Under the pieces are notes generated by a model, which was not told the DNA's origin, ran no database searches, and was given only the letters and a program-made list of their open reading frames with translations. Below, piece after piece: positions 57,627 to 60,035 of a stretch of DNA of 60,035 nt. The translations under genes and the position numbers were made by a program. Each line of letters opens with the position of its first letter. Positions within the stretch are counted from its first letter, which is position 1. The stretch is taken from contig JAUCBJ010002294.1 in assembly GCA_032718475.1 (NCBI GenBank), positions 1 to 60,035 of the forward strand. The letters are read 5' to 3'. Origin of the DNA: Nemertoderma westbladi. Lineage: Eukaryota > Animalia > Xenacoelomorpha.

Positions 57627-58837
57627 TGTTCGCGCTTTCAGACCTTTGGCAGTTTAACCCGCCAAATTATGATGTCTTCTAGATATTAAATCGCTTTTTA
57701 GCCTACGACAAGTATTTGATTCACTACACTAGTCGAAACCAATCCGTGCGCGATCATTCACCCGCTGGTTATACCCGGGAGATTGGGTTCGACGGTTTAA
57801 TCTTATTGCTATGTAAGCCTAATGTATTATTCGACTGACAGTATTATATAATCTCTGACAATATTATTCACCTTTGGGGAATATTAACAGTTCCTTTAGG
57901 ACGTGGCGCTCTATCTATATAAACAGAGTTATGACTTAAACTACTCACAACGATATGGCTTAATTATAATTAACATATATGGCGCATTCTTTAGGAAATG
58001 CTTCTTTAACAGACTCACTCATACACAATGCTGCACAATACTGCACACTAATCTGCCGATCTTCACTGATTTTAGTCACATATAAAAGGAACACAGACTG
58101 ACTCATGTAGGGTCTATCAAATAACATTCGATTCACTTCAAACCACTTTAACATAAGTCACAATCGTTTATCTGTAACCTTTCTCTCTTACCTTCGGTAT
58201 ATCAAGAATATTGGGTTTCGGGGTTGTTTCTCGTTATTCCAAATATAATAATTCATCCACAAATATAATGAATAACCGACAGTAAATAGCAGTATAAAAC
58301 AACAACTGAACATTAATTATTATGAGTTTGCAATGTTTCAGCAGTCAGTAGTATGCCGTGCGTCAGGCAGTTTGATGAGTTTGGTCGATATGCAGTTAAA
58401 GGATATATGTCCTTATAATTAAACCTACTAGTGTTGAGCTAAAAAGCAGAAAAGCACAAAACACTATAAAGCCGTTCTTTCGTGGCTTTGAAAAACTCGT
58501 GACTACGAGAATACCAACTACACTTATTCCACGAAGCTCCCGTTCAACACAGAGGATGAGCAGTGAGATAGGAAAATTTCAGTTCAGTAGCTCAGGATAG
58601 GTTAAAATCCAGGATAACTCAAATTCTATTGGGAGATACAAAAACAGGGCTATGACGCAACCCTCTTAGGCTGGTTGGCCGATTAAACAGAGCCCAGATA
58701 ACTGCGTACCGCAAATCAGCCAATGAGCTGATAGCTTGCACTATTTTAACTATAGATCCCTTTTTGAGTATTCCAGCGACCGGGGGGGAACTGGCCAGCA
58801 AAGCAAACGAACCAGTTATCCCACAAAAGCTTTTACA
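57627..58837 (-). repeat. 5' LTR
   Basis: Direct repeat of 41441-42651; located upstream of gag on the minus strand. Confidence 0.97.
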
Positions 58838-59654
58838 AACTCTGACGAAACACGGCCTTCAAAAAGGCCAAAATTACGGAAATTGTTTTCAATAAAAAGA
58901 CGAGGTTCATTTAACTATGAAAAATTTAATTAAATGATTATTGATAATTATAATATTGCTTAATTGATGATTATAATGATTATAATAATTAATTATTAAA
59001 TAAATGGAAAAATTAATAGTAAATAATTTTTTGTAATATTGTAATATTAGGTAGGATGCTCTTTAATGTAGCTAAATTTTACCGATGTTCCATCAATGTG
59101 ATCGGCAAAATTCAACATCCAATTTCATCTTTATGTGCCTTCTACCACGTTACATACGTTTTACCGAACAAGGTCGGGTATATATTAATATTTTTCGATA
59201 ACAATATAACTATTCGGAAAGCAGCGCTTTTTTCAATGTTATTTTTAGTTTAGTAATATTCGACTATTATTATCAGAGTGGTTGAGTTTTGCACGAGTTT
59301 ATATCTTTCTAATACGAGCGAAACGAGTGCCCATATGCCAAAAAGCGTAAAACTCAACACACGAGAACAGAATATCATAATTTTGCTAAAAATTGATTGA
59401 GAGAGTGTTTTCCGTTACGTTTTTATATCGAATATATTATTTTGTTTGAAAAACAATTAAAGTAGGCCTACATGGCCTACGTTACAGACTGCCTTTTCAT
59501 CAGTGTCAAAGTTTGGCTAAATTTTCCGTTTCGAGTAATGGACAGAAAAGTTAATGTTTTGTCAAACTGAATGGCCATGCGTATAAATAACCCAATAACA
59601 AAAGTTAGATGGAACTATGGGAAACATCGTACGTTATATTAAATTAATATACTG

Positions 59655-59945
59655 TAGAACGAGCCACGATTAGTGAGCGAAGCTACTAGCGCACAATTTC
59701 AATTAGTATTAGGGCCTAATATCATGTCCGTCCGTCTGTCTGTCCGTCTGTCTGTCTGTAATGGAAAATTCTATAGTTTTGAAGCCTTTATTCAATTTCA
59801 ACCGAATTTGGATAGACCTCCTAGAGGAAAAGTTCCAATATTTTGAAAATTTTCGTGGGGCATCCGTGCTGCACGAGTCAAGTACTCGGGTTACCCGTTC
59901 TGGAGTAAGCAGCCGCTCGTGCTGCGCGATGCTACACGTACGTGT
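59655..59945. mobile_element. Helentron-associated (HINE/DINE-1-like) element copy
   Basis: (GTCY)n microsatellite at about 59726-59759, with family motifs CGAGCCACG and CTCGTGCTGCGCGA shared with the copies near 14160-14490. Confidence 0.5.
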
Positions 59946-60035
59946 ATTTATATACTACGAGACGTTCGAATAGGCTGGAGTTCTATAGTGGAACCACAAA
60001 CATATCCACACACATACATAGTACATACTAATAAA

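Larger units (their letters stand above)
41441..58837 (-). mobile_element. Full-length BEL/Pao LTR retrotransposon, 17,397 bp, with an extra ORF
   Basis: Two 1211-bp direct repeats with TGT...ACA ends, AACTC target-site duplication (41436-41440 and 58838-58842), and gag-PR-RT-RNaseH-IN order with BEL-type motifs. Confidence 0.97.

Overview
AT-rich genomic DNA from an invertebrate animal; I cannot identify the taxon from the sequence. The left two-thirds holds five conserved genes whose coding sequences each lie in one uninterrupted ORF: Slit, INTS8, an EPHX3/4-like epoxide hydrolase, IFT52 and a miniature CEP63/Deup1-like gene. It also holds a probable two-exon secreted Ig-domain + fibrinogen-domain (FREP-like) gene, a 1.7-kb minisatellite with a 171-bp higher-order period, and many MITE, SINE and LINE remnants. 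The right third is a complete, young 17.4-kb BEL/Pao LTR retrotransposon on the minus strand (41441-58837; 1211-bp LTRs; AACTC target-site duplication). The element has two unusual properties. First, it has no tRNA-type primer-binding site; the 12 nt next to the 5' LTR are the exact reverse complement of a 12-mer inside its own LTR, which is self-priming geometry. Second, it carries an extra intact 1417-aa non-env ORF with a DEDDy-like 3'-5' exonuclease and CCHC zinc knuckles. All calls come from motif recognition by eye; no database search was run.
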